A DNA stretch of 62,060 nt from Rhabdothermincola salaria. GTDB taxonomy: Bacteria > Actinomycetota > Acidimicrobiia > Acidimicrobiales > Acidimicrobilacustridaceae. Positions 18,697 to 28,080 of the stretch are shown here, piece after piece. The stretch is from NCBI RefSeq assembly GCF_021246445.1, contig NZ_JAJQXW010000002.1:806001-868060 (forward strand), in the 5' to 3' direction. Within the stretch, counting starts at the first letter, position 1, and the number at the start of each line of letters is the position of its first letter. Position numbers and translations under genes: made by a program. The notes under the pieces were generated by a model. It did no database searches and was not told the origin of the DNA. It saw only the letters and a list, made by a program, of their open reading frames with translations.

Positions 18697-20337
18697 GTGC
18701 TCCGCGCCCGCGACGTCTCGCGTTCCTATGGAGGGCTGACCGTCCTCGACCACGTCGACCTCACCGTCGACGGCGCTGACCGGGTCGGTGTCATCGGTCG
18801 CAACGGCATCGGCAAGTCCACGCTGCTGCGACTGCTCGCCGGGCTCGACCGGCCCGACGTCGGCGCGATCGAGCGGGCGCCGGGCGACCTCACCGTCGCC
18901 TTGTTGCCCCAGGAGCCCGACGCTCGACCGGGGGAGACGCTGTCCGCCTACCTGGCCCGCCGCACGGGCGTGGCCGAGGCGTCCTCGCAGCTCGACCGGT
19001 GGACGGCTGCGCTGGCCGAGGACCCGGAGGTGATCGCCCAGTACTCCCACGCCCTCGACCACTTCCTCGCCCTGGGTGGCGCCGACTTCGAACACCGGTC
19101 GGCCCAGGTGGTCGAGGAGGTGGGCCTGGCGTCGGCGCCCTTCGACCAGCAGACCGCCACCCTCTCCGGAGGCGAGGCCGCCCGCGCCGCGCTGGCTGCG
19201 ATCCTGCTCACCCGGGTGGACGTCCTCTTGCTCGACGAGCCCACCAACAACCTCGACTTCGCCGGTCTCGACCTGCTCGAGTCCTTCCTCGACGGGTTCG
19301 CGGGTGCGGCCGTGGTCGTGTCCCACGACCGGGCCTTCCTCGACCGGGCCGTCCACCGCATCGTCGAGGTCGACGAACGGCGGCGTCACCTGGTGGAGTA
19401 CGCGGGCGGGTGGTCGGACTACGTCGAGGCACGGGCCTTGGCCCGTCGCCAGCAGTACCAGGCCCACGGCGACTACGTCGCCGAACGGGACCGTCTCCGC
19501 GACCGGCAGCGGCGACAGCTGCAGTGGTCGCAGAAGGGCGTGCGGGCGGCCAGGAGCGGTGGGGAGACCGACAAGCACCTCCGGGCCCGCAAGGTCGCCC
19601 GCAGCGAGAAGGAGGCCGGCAAGGTCCGCGCCACCGAGCGTCGCCTCGCCCGTCTGGAGGTGGTCGACAAGCCGTGGGAGGGGTGGCGTCTCGATCTGCG
19701 GTTGAGCCCGGCGGCCCGCAGTGGCGACGTGGTCGCCCGCCTCGACGCCGCCGTGGTCCAACGGGGAGGGTTCCGCCTGGGCCCGGTGGACCTCGAGATC
19801 GCCTGGCAGGAGCGGGTGGCGATCGTGGGCGCGAACGGCACCGGCAAGTCCACCCTGTTGGCCGCCCTGCTCGGCAGGGCCCCGCTCGCCTCGGGTCGGC
19901 GCTGGGTGGGTCCGGGCGTGGTGGTGGGCGAGATGGACCAGGCCCGCACCGCCTTCGACGGCGAGCGTTCGGTCGTCGCCGTGGTGCAGGACCGCACCGG
20001 CCTCCCGCTCAGCGAGGCCCGGTCGCTGCTGGCCAAGTTCGGTCTCGGGGCCGATCACGTGGGCCGGACCGGCGCCGACCTCTCCCCGGGCGAGCGCAGC
20101 CGGGCGGTGCTCGCCACCCTGATGGCCGAGGGCGTGAACTGCCTGGTCCTCGACGAGCCCACCAACCACCTCGATCCCGAGGCCATCGAACAGCTCGAGA
20201 CGGCCCTCGAGGCCTACACGGGGACGCTGGTGGTGGTGAGCCACGATCGCCGGTTCCTGGAGCGCCTGGCGGTGGAACGGGTCGTGGAGGTCGAGGCGTG
20301 GGCCGGCCGGTCGGGGGAGCCCGCCGCCGAGGGCTGA
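18697..20337 (+). CDS. ABC-F family ATP-binding protein
   Basis: Two NBDs (GRNGIGKST and GANGTGKST; DEPTNNLD and DEPTNHLD); no TM segments. Confidence 0.92.
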   Translation: MLRARDVSRSYGGLTVLDHVDLTVDGADRVGVIGRNGIGKSTLLRLLAGLDRPDVGAIERAPGDLTVALLPQEPDARPGETLSAYLARRTGVAEASSQLDRWTAALAEDPEVIAQYSHALDHFLALGGADFEHRSAQVVEEVGLASAPFDQQTATLSGGEAARAALAAILLTRVDVLLLDEPTNNLDFAGLDLLESFLDGFAGAAVVVSHDRAFLDRAVHRIVEVDERRRHLVEYAGGWSDYVEARALARRQQYQAHGDYVAERDRLRDRQRRQLQWSQKGVRAARSGGETDKHLRARKVARSEKEAGKVRATERRLARLEVVDKPWEGWRLDLRLSPAARSGDVVARLDAAVVQRGGFRLGPVDLEIAWQERVAIVGANGTGKSTLLAALLGRAPLASGRRWVGPGVVVGEMDQARTAFDGERSVVAVVQDRTGLPLSEARSLLAKFGLGADHVGRTGADLSPGERSRAVLATLMAEGVNCLVLDEPTNHLDPEAIEQLETALEAYTGTLVVVSHDRRFLERLAVERVVEVEAWAGRSGEPAAEG

Positions 20338-20390
20338 GCCGGGCGGACCGGACCGAACGCGACCGGCGCCGGCCGTCAGCTTCGGCCGGG

Positions 20391-21911
20391 TCAGCTCGGG
20401 TCGAGGACCACGTCGTCCTCGTCGGGGCTCCCCGTGGGCGACGTCGTCCGACGGGCCAGCACCCAGGCGGCGACCACCAGCAGGCCTCCGAGCCCCACCA
20501 CCGGCAGCGGCCCGATCCGGGTGGCGATGGTCAGGCCCTCGCGCCGCTCGATCGTCTCCTCCAGGACCCGGCGCTCGCTGACCCCCGTGCGGGCCACGAC
20601 CTCGCCCTCGGGGGTCACCACCGCGCTGAACCCGGTCGGGGCGGCCTGCAGCACCCACCGGCCGGTCTCGATGGCCCGCAGCCGACTCGAGGCCACCTGC
20701 TGGCTCTGGACCTGGGTCAGCCAGTACGACGACCCGTTGGTGGGGTTCAACACGGCCTGCCCCCCGAACTCCACGCCCTCTCGGACCCGGTCGGTGAAGA
20801 AGATCTCCCAGGAGATGGCCAGGCTGAAGGGGCCCGCCGGCGTCTCGAGCACGGCGGGCTCCTCGCCGATGACGGCGTCGCGACGGGTGAGCGATGCCGA
20901 GCCGGCCACCGACTCGACCAGCGATCGGAAGGGCACGTACTCGCCGAACGGCACCCGCCGCACCTTGTCGTAGCGATCCCCGAGGTCGCCGTCGGCGTCG
21001 TAGACGGCGGCGAAGTTGGTGAAGCGCTCGGCGTCGACGCCTTCCGTGGCCCCGATGACGAGCGTCGTGTCGAGGCGGCGGGCCAGGGCGACGAGCTCTC
21101 GGTGCTCGCGGCTGTCGGTCAGGGGGCCCTCCACGCTGATCACGTTCTCGGGCCACAGCACGAGGTCGACGGGTGTGGTCACGTCGTCGCTGGCCTCGAG
21201 GTGGCGCTGGAACACCTCCCAGGGGTCGGTGTCGGCGGCTCTCGTGCGTTGGGGGCCGCCTCCTTGGACCAGGGCCACCGTGAGGTCGCCGACCGCCTCG
21301 CCCCGGGGGGCGACCGACGCGAGACCCCACAGGACGGCGACGCCCACCACCAGCGCGCCGGCGACCCCCCAGCGGCGCTCCCATGCGGCCGAGAGCGCCA
21401 CCCCCACCACGCCGACGGCGAGCACCACGCCGATGGCGCTGCCGACGCGGGCCACCTGCCCGAGGGGGGCGGCCGCCTGGCTCATGGCGGTGGTGGCCAA
21501 CGGCACCCCGCCGAAGGGGAACGACCAGCGGGCAGCCTCGCAGAGCACCAGCGCGCCCGGGAGGGCCAGCCAGCGCACCCAGGGGCGACCGGGGGGCGAG
21601 GGGACCAGGGCCCCGGCGACACCCACGTAGGCGCCGAAGAGGGCGCCGGCGACGAGGTACCCGGGAGCGGTGAGGTCCCACATCCACAAGGTGGCGGGCA
21701 TCAACCAGACCGCGCCGAGGAGCCAGGACCGCAGGAAGCGGGAGCGGGCGGTGCGCCCGGCGATCGCCCGGTCCCACAGGGCGACCCCGACGAAGGCCGC
21801 CGGCCACCACCCCCACGGCGGGACCGACGCCGCCAGGCAGAGCCCGCCGAGGAAGGCCAGCGACAGGCCGCGGGCCCGATCGGACACGGCGGGGAGGGTG
21901 AGGGCGGGCAC
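20391..21911 (-). CDS. lnt: Apolipoprotein N-acyltransferase (Cys-to-Ser variant)
   Basis: N-terminal TM bundle, FPFGGVP, VQGG, WPEN and YDKVRRVPFGEY. AISWE in place of ICYE. Confidence 0.88.
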   Translation of the reverse strand: MPALTLPAVSDRARGLSLAFLGGLCLAASVPPWGWWPAAFVGVALWDRAIAGRTARSRFLRSWLLGAVWLMPATLWMWDLTAPGYLVAGALFGAYVGVAGALVPSPPGRPWVRWLALPGALVLCEAARWSFPFGGVPLATTAMSQAAAPLGQVARVGSAIGVVLAVGVVGVALSAAWERRWGVAGALVVGVAVLWGLASVAPRGEAVGDLTVALVQGGGPQRTRAADTDPWEVFQRHLEASDDVTTPVDLVLWPENVISVEGPLTDSREHRELVALARRLDTTLVIGATEGVDAERFTNFAAVYDADGDLGDRYDKVRRVPFGEYVPFRSLVESVAGSASLTRRDAVIGEEPAVLETPAGPFSLAISWEIFFTDRVREGVEFGGQAVLNPTNGSSYWLTQVQSQQVASSRLRAIETGRWVLQAAPTGFSAVVTPEGEVVARTGVSERRVLEETIERREGLTIATRIGPLPVVGLGGLLVVAAWVLARRTTSPTGSPDEDDVVLDPS

Positions 21912-22030
21912 GGCGCACCATCATGGCGCGGCGACGAGGTGCGGCCCCGTCGCCGTCGCGGCGGGTTCGCTGCGGTGGGGCCGGGCCGATCGGCCCCGCC
22001 GGCGCGAGGACCTCCGGTGGGCGCTCGGCG

Positions 22031-22600
22031 CTACGAGGCGCCGGGCGTGGAGGTGGTGGTGGCGCCGGCGATGATGCGCGGCGGCAACAGGGCGGCACCG
22101 ACGTCGTCGTAGGAGAGCACCTCGGCGTCGACGGTGATCGGATCCGACAGTCGGAACTCGAGCGTGAGGCTCACCGTCTCGCCCACGGCCGGTGCTCGCC
22201 CATCGGTGGTGGTCAACAGGAGCTGGTCGTCGCCGGGCTGCAGGCGGGTCTCCTCGAAGCCACCGACCCGCAGCGACGCGGTCGGCTCGAGGGCCTCCTG
22301 GTCGGTGGCGCCGTCGATCACGCGCCGTTGGAGGGTCACCTCACCGGCCGGCGAGGTGACCGCCACCAGGTCGTCACTGCCGCCGTCGTTCTCGAGCACC
22401 AGGTAGGCACCGGCGGGGTCGGCGTCGGCCCCGACGAGCGCGGTGGTGACGCGCACCTCGGGAGGGGTGGTGCCGAACGGGCTGACGATGGCCACCACCA
22501 CGAGCAGGGCGATGCCGCCGAGCACGACCAGGGCCGGGGCCCAGCGGCGTAGGGGACCGGCCGGGGGCCGATCGGCGGTGGGGGAATCGGAGGTCGTCAT
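22031..22600 (-). CDS. Membrane-anchored PCu(A)C-like protein lacking Cu ligands
   Basis: GAYLVLEN...DDLVAVTSP...LQPG...GETVSLTLEF fold signature plus an N-terminal TM helix. Confidence 0.72.
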   Translation of the reverse strand: MTTSDSPTADRPPAGPLRRWAPALVVLGGIALLVVVAIVSPFGTTPPEVRVTTALVGADADPAGAYLVLENDGGSDDLVAVTSPAGEVTLQRRVIDGATDQEALEPTASLRVGGFEETRLQPGDDQLLLTTTDGRAPAVGETVSLTLEFRLSDPITVDAEVLSYDDVGAALLPPRIIAGATTTSTPGAS

Positions 22601-22672
22601 GGTGCCCACGATCCTCGCCCACCCCGGGGGTGCGGGTCAGATCGCGGCGCAGGGCCGTGGGAGGATGCCGCC

Positions 22673-23638
22673 ATGGTCCCCGACGCACCGTTCGAGCGGC
22701 CCTCCTCCGCCGCGTCGGACGCCGCGCGGCTGCGGCCGGCCTCGGAGGGGCGTGAGCGGGCCGCCATGGCGGCGGTGCTCGAGGTGGCCGACCACGTCGG
22801 CCTCGACGCGGAGGCCGCCGGCATCTGGCGGGCCGGGTCGTCGGTGCTGGTGGGGCTGCCCGTGGCCCGGGTGCTCGGGCGGGTCGACGACCCCCGGCGG
22901 GTCGATGCCGCCTGCCGCCAGGTCATCGCGTCCGAGGTGATGGCCGAGCGCGGGGTGCCGGCCATCACCCTCACCGGCCCGGCCGACCAGCCCGTGCTCA
23001 CCGAGGCCGGTCCGGTGACGCTGTGGCGCTGGCTCGACGCCCATGGTGTCGAGGCCTCGCCCGAAGGCCTGGGGCGCCTGGCGCGCCGGCTGCACGACGC
23101 CACCCGGGGCGGGGTCGAAGGGGTGGCGCCCTACGACCCGCTCACCGCGGTCGCCGCCGAGTTGGAGCGCGCTGCGGAGCTGGGCCTCACCGACGAGCGC
23201 GACCTCGGTCTGCTCGACGGTCACATCGCCCGGCTCCGGGCCACCTGGCCCGCGCCGGAGGACGACCCACTGGGGGTGGCCGTGGTGCACGGAGACCTCC
23301 ACCGCGACAACGCCATCGTCACCGACGAGGGCCTCGTCCTGGCCGATCTCGAGCTGGCAGGCGTGGGCCCGGCCGCGGCCGACCTCGTCCCCCACGTCGT
23401 GGCGGTGCGGCGCTACGACGCCAGTCCCCGCGTCCTCGAGGAGCTCATGCAGGGCTATGGCCGAGAGCTGCACGTGTGGCCGGGCCTGGAGGTGATGGTC
23501 GAGGCCTACGAGCTGTGGGTCACCGCGTGGTCGGTGGCCAACCGGGGTGGCTCCGCCGTGTTGGCGGCCGAGGCCGAGGTCCGCCTCGACCACTGGCGCC
23601 CGGGCCGGGACTCGTCGCGGCCCTGGTCGTTGCGCTGA
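22673..23638 (+). CDS. Aminoglycoside-phosphotransferase-like (APH/choline kinase) protein
   Basis: HGDLHRDN and ADLE motifs; GPVTLWRW. Confidence 0.82.
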   Translation: MVPDAPFERPSSAASDAARLRPASEGRERAAMAAVLEVADHVGLDAEAAGIWRAGSSVLVGLPVARVLGRVDDPRRVDAACRQVIASEVMAERGVPAITLTGPADQPVLTEAGPVTLWRWLDAHGVEASPEGLGRLARRLHDATRGGVEGVAPYDPLTAVAAELERAAELGLTDERDLGLLDGHIARLRATWPAPEDDPLGVAVVHGDLHRDNAIVTDEGLVLADLELAGVGPAAADLVPHVVAVRRYDASPRVLEELMQGYGRELHVWPGLEVMVEAYELWVTAWSVANRGGSAVLAAEAEVRLDHWRPGRDSSRPWSLR

Positions 23639-23655
23639 GCCTCGGGCTCGCGGTG

Positions 23656-24336
23656 TCAGACCCCTGGCGGGGGCTGGTGGGGGACACGCCCGTCGGCGAG
23701 GGCGTCGAGCCACGCGGCGAGGGGGGCGAGCAGGGCTGGCCCCAGGCGATGGCTGCCGGCGACCTCTTGCCATGAGGTGACGGCGCCGCGGCGGTGGAGG
23801 GCCTTGGCCGCGGCGCGACCGCGCAGGGGGTCGACCATGTCGTCGTCGCGGCCGTGGGCCACGAGCACCGGCCGGCCGTGGGCCCGGGAGAGGTCGAGCT
23901 CGTCGTCGTCACGGTGCACGAGGTAGCCCGCCAGCAGGGCCACCGCGGCCGGAGGCGGGCCGAGCCGGGGGTCGAGCGCCGTGGCCAGGGCGGTGGCCCC
24001 TCCCTGGGAGTACCCCACCAGCACGACCTCCTCGCGCGACACCCCGCAGCGTCCGGCCACGTCGTCGAGGGCCCGATCGACCGCCGACACGGCTCGGGTG
24101 ACGCCCTCGGGGTCGGGCCCGTCGGTGTCGACCGTGTACCACATCGGCCCCGCCGGACCCGGCCACGCCGGTTCGGCCACGGCGACGGTCCAGCGTTCGT
24201 CGGGGTCGATCAGGTGCAACCGGCGGGTGATGACGGCGCTGGTGTCGCCGTAGCCGGGTAGGACGAGCACGGCCCGCCCCGTAGAGGGCGGACCGTGGTA
24301 GCTGAGCTCGGGGGTGACGGGACCGGGTCCGCTCAG
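23656..24336 (-). CDS. Phospholipase/carboxylesterase (alpha/beta hydrolase)
   Basis: PGYGD, GYSQGG nucleophile elbow, HGRDDDMV and GSH. Start uncertain (CTG 24336 overlapping the upstream stop, or GTG 24270). Confidence 0.82.
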   Translation of the reverse strand: MSGPGPVTPELSYHGPPSTGRAVLVLPGYGDTSAVITRRLHLIDPDERWTVAVAEPAWPGPAGPMWYTVDTDGPDPEGVTRAVSAVDRALDDVAGRCGVSREEVVLVGYSQGGATALATALDPRLGPPPAAVALLAGYLVHRDDDELDLSRAHGRPVLVAHGRDDDMVDPLRGRAAAKALHRRGAVTSWQEVAGSHRLGPALLAPLAAWLDALADGRVPHQPPPGV

Positions 24337-25580
24337 CGGATCCGTCCGTAGCCCGAGGGCGCCTTCCACCAACCGTCGAGGTTGGTGATGCCGACGCCCT
24401 TCAGCGAGCCGAAGGCGTGCACCAAGGTGTTGGGCCCGATGGCCAGGGCCACGTGCTCGGAGCCACCGGAGCCCCAGAAGACCAGGTCGCCGGCCTGCAC
24501 CTGCGAGCGCGAGATGCGGGTGGTGGCGTTGTACTGGGCGCCGCTGTAGTGCGGCAGGGAGATGCCGACCTGGCTGAAGGCCCACACGAGGAGCCCGGAG
24601 CAGTCGAAGCTGTTGGGGCCGGAAGCGCCCCAGACGTAGGTGGAGTTGCCGGCCTTGCTCACGGCGAGGTCGATGGCGCCCTGGATGCCCGAGCGGACCG
24701 GTCCGGGGTCCGCCGGTGCCGGAGCAGGCGTGCTCGGGGCGGTGGGGGCCGTCGGGGCCGTCGGGGCGGGGGGCGCCGTGGGCGCCTCCGGGCGGGGGGC
24801 CTGCGTCGAGCTCGAACGCTGCGAGGTCGACTGGCTGGAACGGGCCTGCTGCTGTTGCTGCTGGGCGGCAGCCTCGGCCTGGGCCTGGCGGGCCGCTTCC
24901 TCGGCGGCTCGGGCCGCGGCCTGGCGCTGGCGCTCCTGCTCCTCGGCGACCAGCCCGGCCAGCTCGCCCTGGACCCGCTCGTTGATGGCGCGCTGGGCCT
25001 CGGTGGCGGAGGCCACCTCGTCGCGCTTCTCGGCGATGCGGCGGGTGATGGCCTCGGCCTCGGCCTGGGCCTGCTCGAGCGCCTTGGTCTCGTCCTCGGC
25101 CTGGCGGCGCATGGCGCTGAGGCTGTCGACGAGGTCGGAGCGGTTGCCGGTGGTGACCGTGATGTAGGACTGCTTGGCCGGGGCGGTGTCGGCCTCGGTG
25201 GTGAGCACCGCGTTGAGGACGGGGTCCTCGCCGCCGGTCTGGTAGGCCTTCACCGCGAAGGTGCGCAGCTCGCTGCGACGCTGCTCGAGCTCGGCGTTGG
25301 TGTGCTCGACGCGGGCTCGGGCCTCGCCCACCTGCTCCTCGGCCTGGTGCAGCTCGTAGCTGGCGGCCTCGGCCTCGGCGTTGAGGGTCATGAGGCGGTT
25401 GTCGAGCTCGGTGAGCTCGGCCGCCACCTCGGCGGCCTCGGCGCGCTTGTCGGAGATCGACGACTGGGCGCTGGCCGGCAGGCCGCCGGCGACGGGGACG
25501 GCGAGGATGCCGGCGACGACGATGCCGGAGAGGACCTTGCGGTTTCGACGGGTTGCCCGGGGGCTTCGTTCGGTTCGCAT
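24333..25580 (-). CDS. Secreted NlpC/P60 (C40) peptidoglycan endopeptidase with coiled coil (RipA/CwlO-like)
   Basis: Signal peptide, long coiled coil, Pro/Ala linker, YVWGASGPNSFDCSGL...HVALA...HA. Confidence 0.92.
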   Translation of the reverse strand: MRTERSPRATRRNRKVLSGIVVAGILAVPVAGGLPASAQSSISDKRAEAAEVAAELTELDNRLMTLNAEAEAASYELHQAEEQVGEARARVEHTNAELEQRRSELRTFAVKAYQTGGEDPVLNAVLTTEADTAPAKQSYITVTTGNRSDLVDSLSAMRRQAEDETKALEQAQAEAEAITRRIAEKRDEVASATEAQRAINERVQGELAGLVAEEQERQRQAAARAAEEAARQAQAEAAAQQQQQQARSSQSTSQRSSSTQAPRPEAPTAPPAPTAPTAPTAPSTPAPAPADPGPVRSGIQGAIDLAVSKAGNSTYVWGASGPNSFDCSGLLVWAFSQVGISLPHYSGAQYNATTRISRSQVQAGDLVFWGSGGSEHVALAIGPNTLVHAFGSLKGVGITNLDGWWKAPSGYGRIR

Positions 25581-25681
25581 TGTTGCGGAATCTTTACAGC
25601 CTGACCTCGAATGCGCAACACCAGGTCTGGATCGGCCCTCTACCTGGGTAATCAGACCTATGTCTCGAGCCCGCCACGCGG

Positions 25682-27142
25682 TCAGCGCGTCGCGTCGAGG
25701 GCCTGACGCGCCGCGTCGGCTGCCGCGACCCGGCCCTGGCGGATGCAGGCCGGCAGCCCGAGGCCGTCGTAGCTCGCGCCGGCGAGCACCACGCCCGGAG
25801 CCCGGTCGGCCACCTCGTCGCGCCAGGCGGCGACGCGGCCCAGGTGCCCGGGCCGGAACTGGGGGAGGCCGTCGGGCCAGCGGGTGACCCGCGCCGCCAC
25901 CGGTGGCCCGTCGACGCCCATGGTGGCGGCGAGGTCGCCGGTGAGCACCCGCACCAGCTCGGGGTCGTCGAGCTCGAGTGCACCGGTGTCGCCGTGACGA
26001 CCGGCCGAGACGCGCAGCACGGCGACGTCGGGATCGGCCAGGTGGGCCCACTTCGACGACGCCCACGAGCAGGCGGTGAGGGCGGCGAGCCCTTCGCCGC
26101 GTGCCACGAGGAAGCCGGAGGCGTCGAGGTCGCGCTCGATCCGGTCGAGCGGCACCGCCAGCGTCACCATGGCCACCGAGGCGTACTCGAGCTCCGCCAG
26201 GCCCGCCGCGGCATCGGCCGCGTGGTCGTGGAGCACCCGGGCGGCGACCGGTGCGGGCACGGCCAGCACCACGGCATCGGCGTCGACGACGCCGTGCTCG
26301 GTGCGCAGGGTCCACCCCGAGCGAGCGCCTCCATCGGTGAGGCGGTGGTCGAGAGCGGTGACGGCCGAGGAGAGGTGCACGGACGCGCCACCGGCCACCA
26401 GCCGGGCGAGGAGCAGGTCGGTGAGGGTCTGGGTGCCGACGGGGATTCCCCGGAAGACCGGCGCCTCGGGGTCGGCCCCGGCGGCACGCGCGTCCGCCGT
26501 CTGCTGGCGTAGGCCGACCACCAGGCTGGGGTGGCGGCGCGCCGCCGCTCCGATCTGGGCCGCACCCGCAGCCACGCTCAGGTGGTCGGCGTCGCCGGCG
26601 TTGACGCCGGACAAGAGGGGAGCCACCAGCCGTTCGAAGACCTCGTCGCCGAGGCGGCGACGGACCAGGGTCCCCACGGACTCGTCGCCGTCGGCCAGCG
26701 GGTCGCCTGACGGTTCGCCGGGCAACCACTCGGTGGTGTCGACGTCGGCGGAGGCACGGACCACGGCGTCGGGGCTCACGATGCCCGAACCGGCCAGGGC
26801 GTCGAGGTCGGTGGGGACGCCGAGCACGAGGCCCTCCGGCAATCGACGGAGGGCGCCGCCGGAATAGACGAGCGCAGAGCGGCGGGCGGGTGACGTGAGC
26901 ACGGTGTCGAGGCCGAGCTCCTCACAGAGCTCGATCGCCTCGGGGACCCGGGCCAGGAAGGCGTCGGCGCCGCAGTCGACGGGCCGTCCGGCGAAGGGGG
27001 TGGTGAGGACCTTGCCGCCCACCCGGTCGGCGGCCTCGAGCACGGTGACGTCGACCTGAGGGGTGCGGGTCATGATCGTGAAGGCCGCGGTCAGGCCGGT
27101 GATGCCCGCCCCCACCACCACGACCCGAGGGGCGGGGCTCAT
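25682..27142 (-). CDS. hemY: Coproporphyrinogen/protoporphyrinogen oxidase
   Basis: GAGITGL, EAADRVGGK, CGADAF, SSKW and GLPACI motifs. ATGA overlap with hemH. Confidence 0.93.
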   Translation of the reverse strand: MSPAPRVVVVGAGITGLTAAFTIMTRTPQVDVTVLEAADRVGGKVLTTPFAGRPVDCGADAFLARVPEAIELCEELGLDTVLTSPARRSALVYSGGALRRLPEGLVLGVPTDLDALAGSGIVSPDAVVRASADVDTTEWLPGEPSGDPLADGDESVGTLVRRRLGDEVFERLVAPLLSGVNAGDADHLSVAAGAAQIGAAARRHPSLVVGLRQQTADARAAGADPEAPVFRGIPVGTQTLTDLLLARLVAGGASVHLSSAVTALDHRLTDGGARSGWTLRTEHGVVDADAVVLAVPAPVAARVLHDHAADAAAGLAELEYASVAMVTLAVPLDRIERDLDASGFLVARGEGLAALTACSWASSKWAHLADPDVAVLRVSAGRHGDTGALELDDPELVRVLTGDLAATMGVDGPPVAARVTRWPDGLPQFRPGHLGRVAAWRDEVADRAPGVVLAGASYDGLGLPACIRQGRVAAADAARQALDATR

Positions 27143-28080
27143 GGGGCGAGGCCCGCCTCCGCCACCCTCACGACCTCGTCGGCCAGTGCGGCCATGACCG
27201 TGGGCTCGGCGTTCAGCGAGCGGGTGCGGGCGAAGGCCAGACCCACCTCGGCGGCGATGCCGGACGCCTCGATGTCGAGGTCGTAGAGCACCTCGAGGTG
27301 GTCGGCGGTGAAGCCCTGGGCACAGACCAGCACGCCGTCGGTGCGGCCCGTGGCGGCCAGGTCCCGGATGACCTCCAGCACGTCGGGACCTCTCCAGGGC
27401 TCGGGGGTCCGCCCGGCGCTCTGCCAGGCCAGCGCCCACTCGGGCCACGGCGACAGCCCCACCCGCTCGGCCACCGCGGCCGCGGTCTGGCGCAGCTCGT
27501 CGGGGTACGGGTCGCCCTCGAGGACCCGTTCGGGCAGCGAGTGGGCGGTGAAGAGCACCTTGTGGTCGGCCGGCAGCGAGGCGCGAGCGTCGGTCACGGC
27601 GGCGGCGAGGAAGTCGAGGTAGGCGGGCAGGAGGTGCCATCGGTCGATGCGGTGCAGGGCCATGGCGTGCTCGTCGCCGGCGTCGGCGGCTCGCTGCTGG
27701 TACTGGCCCACGCTGAACCCCGAGTAGTGCGGGGCGAGCACCAGGCCGACCATGTCGTGCACGCCGGCGGCGGCCAGCTCGGCCACCCCGTCCTCGATGA
27801 ACGGTGCCGCGTGCTTCTGGCCCAGCACCACCTTCCAGCGGCCCGGCTGACGGGCCTCGAGGGCGTCGGCGAGGGCGGCTCGTTGGGCCTCGGTGAGCGC
27901 GGCGAGCGGGGAGATGCCGCCGATGGCGTCGTAGCGCGCCGTGAGATCGGCCAGCAGCTCGGGCGTGGGAGGACGTCCTCGGCGGATGTGGGTGTAGTAG
28001 GCCTCGACGTCCTCGGGCGTGCGAGGTGTGCCGTAGGCCATCACCAGCAGGCCGAGAGGAGCAGCGCGGTCTCCGCTCAT
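27139..28080 (-). CDS. hemH: Ferrochelatase (coproporphyrin-type)
   Basis: [31 protein letters not shown] and [10 protein letters not shown] motifs. Confidence 0.95.
   Translation of the reverse strand: MSGDRAAPLGLLVMAYGTPRTPEDVEAYYTHIRRGRPPTPELLADLTARYDAIGGISPLAALTEAQRAALADALEARQPGRWKVVLGQKHAAPFIEDGVAELAAAGVHDMVGLVLAPHYSGFSVGQYQQRAADAGDEHAMALHRIDRWHLLPAYLDFLAAAVTDARASLPADHKVLFTAHSLPERVLEGDPYPDELRQTAAAVAERVGLSPWPEWALAWQSAGRTPEPWRGPDVLEVIRDLAATGRTDGVLVCAQGFTADHLEVLYDLDIEASGIAAEVGLAFARTRSLNAEPTVMAALADEVVRVAEAGLAP

Noticed and set aside
16621..22098. 2071-aa minus-strand ORF (15883-22098)
   Set aside because: Only the last 245 aa (methyltransferase) are real. The rest is an Arg/Pro-rich or antisense frame over the GT4, dtd, ABC-F and lnt genes, open because of high GC.
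18697..23638. ABC-F and APH-like genes as a resistance island
   Set aside because: No mobile-element context, and both families are mostly housekeeping; specificity cannot be read from the sequence.
24720..24800. 9-bp-period repeats in the NlpC/P60 gene
   Set aside because: They simply encode the PTA/PAP linker.
25581..25681. c-di-AMP (ydaO) riboswitch before the NlpC/P60 gene
   Set aside because: The expected conserved motifs are absent and the region is too short.
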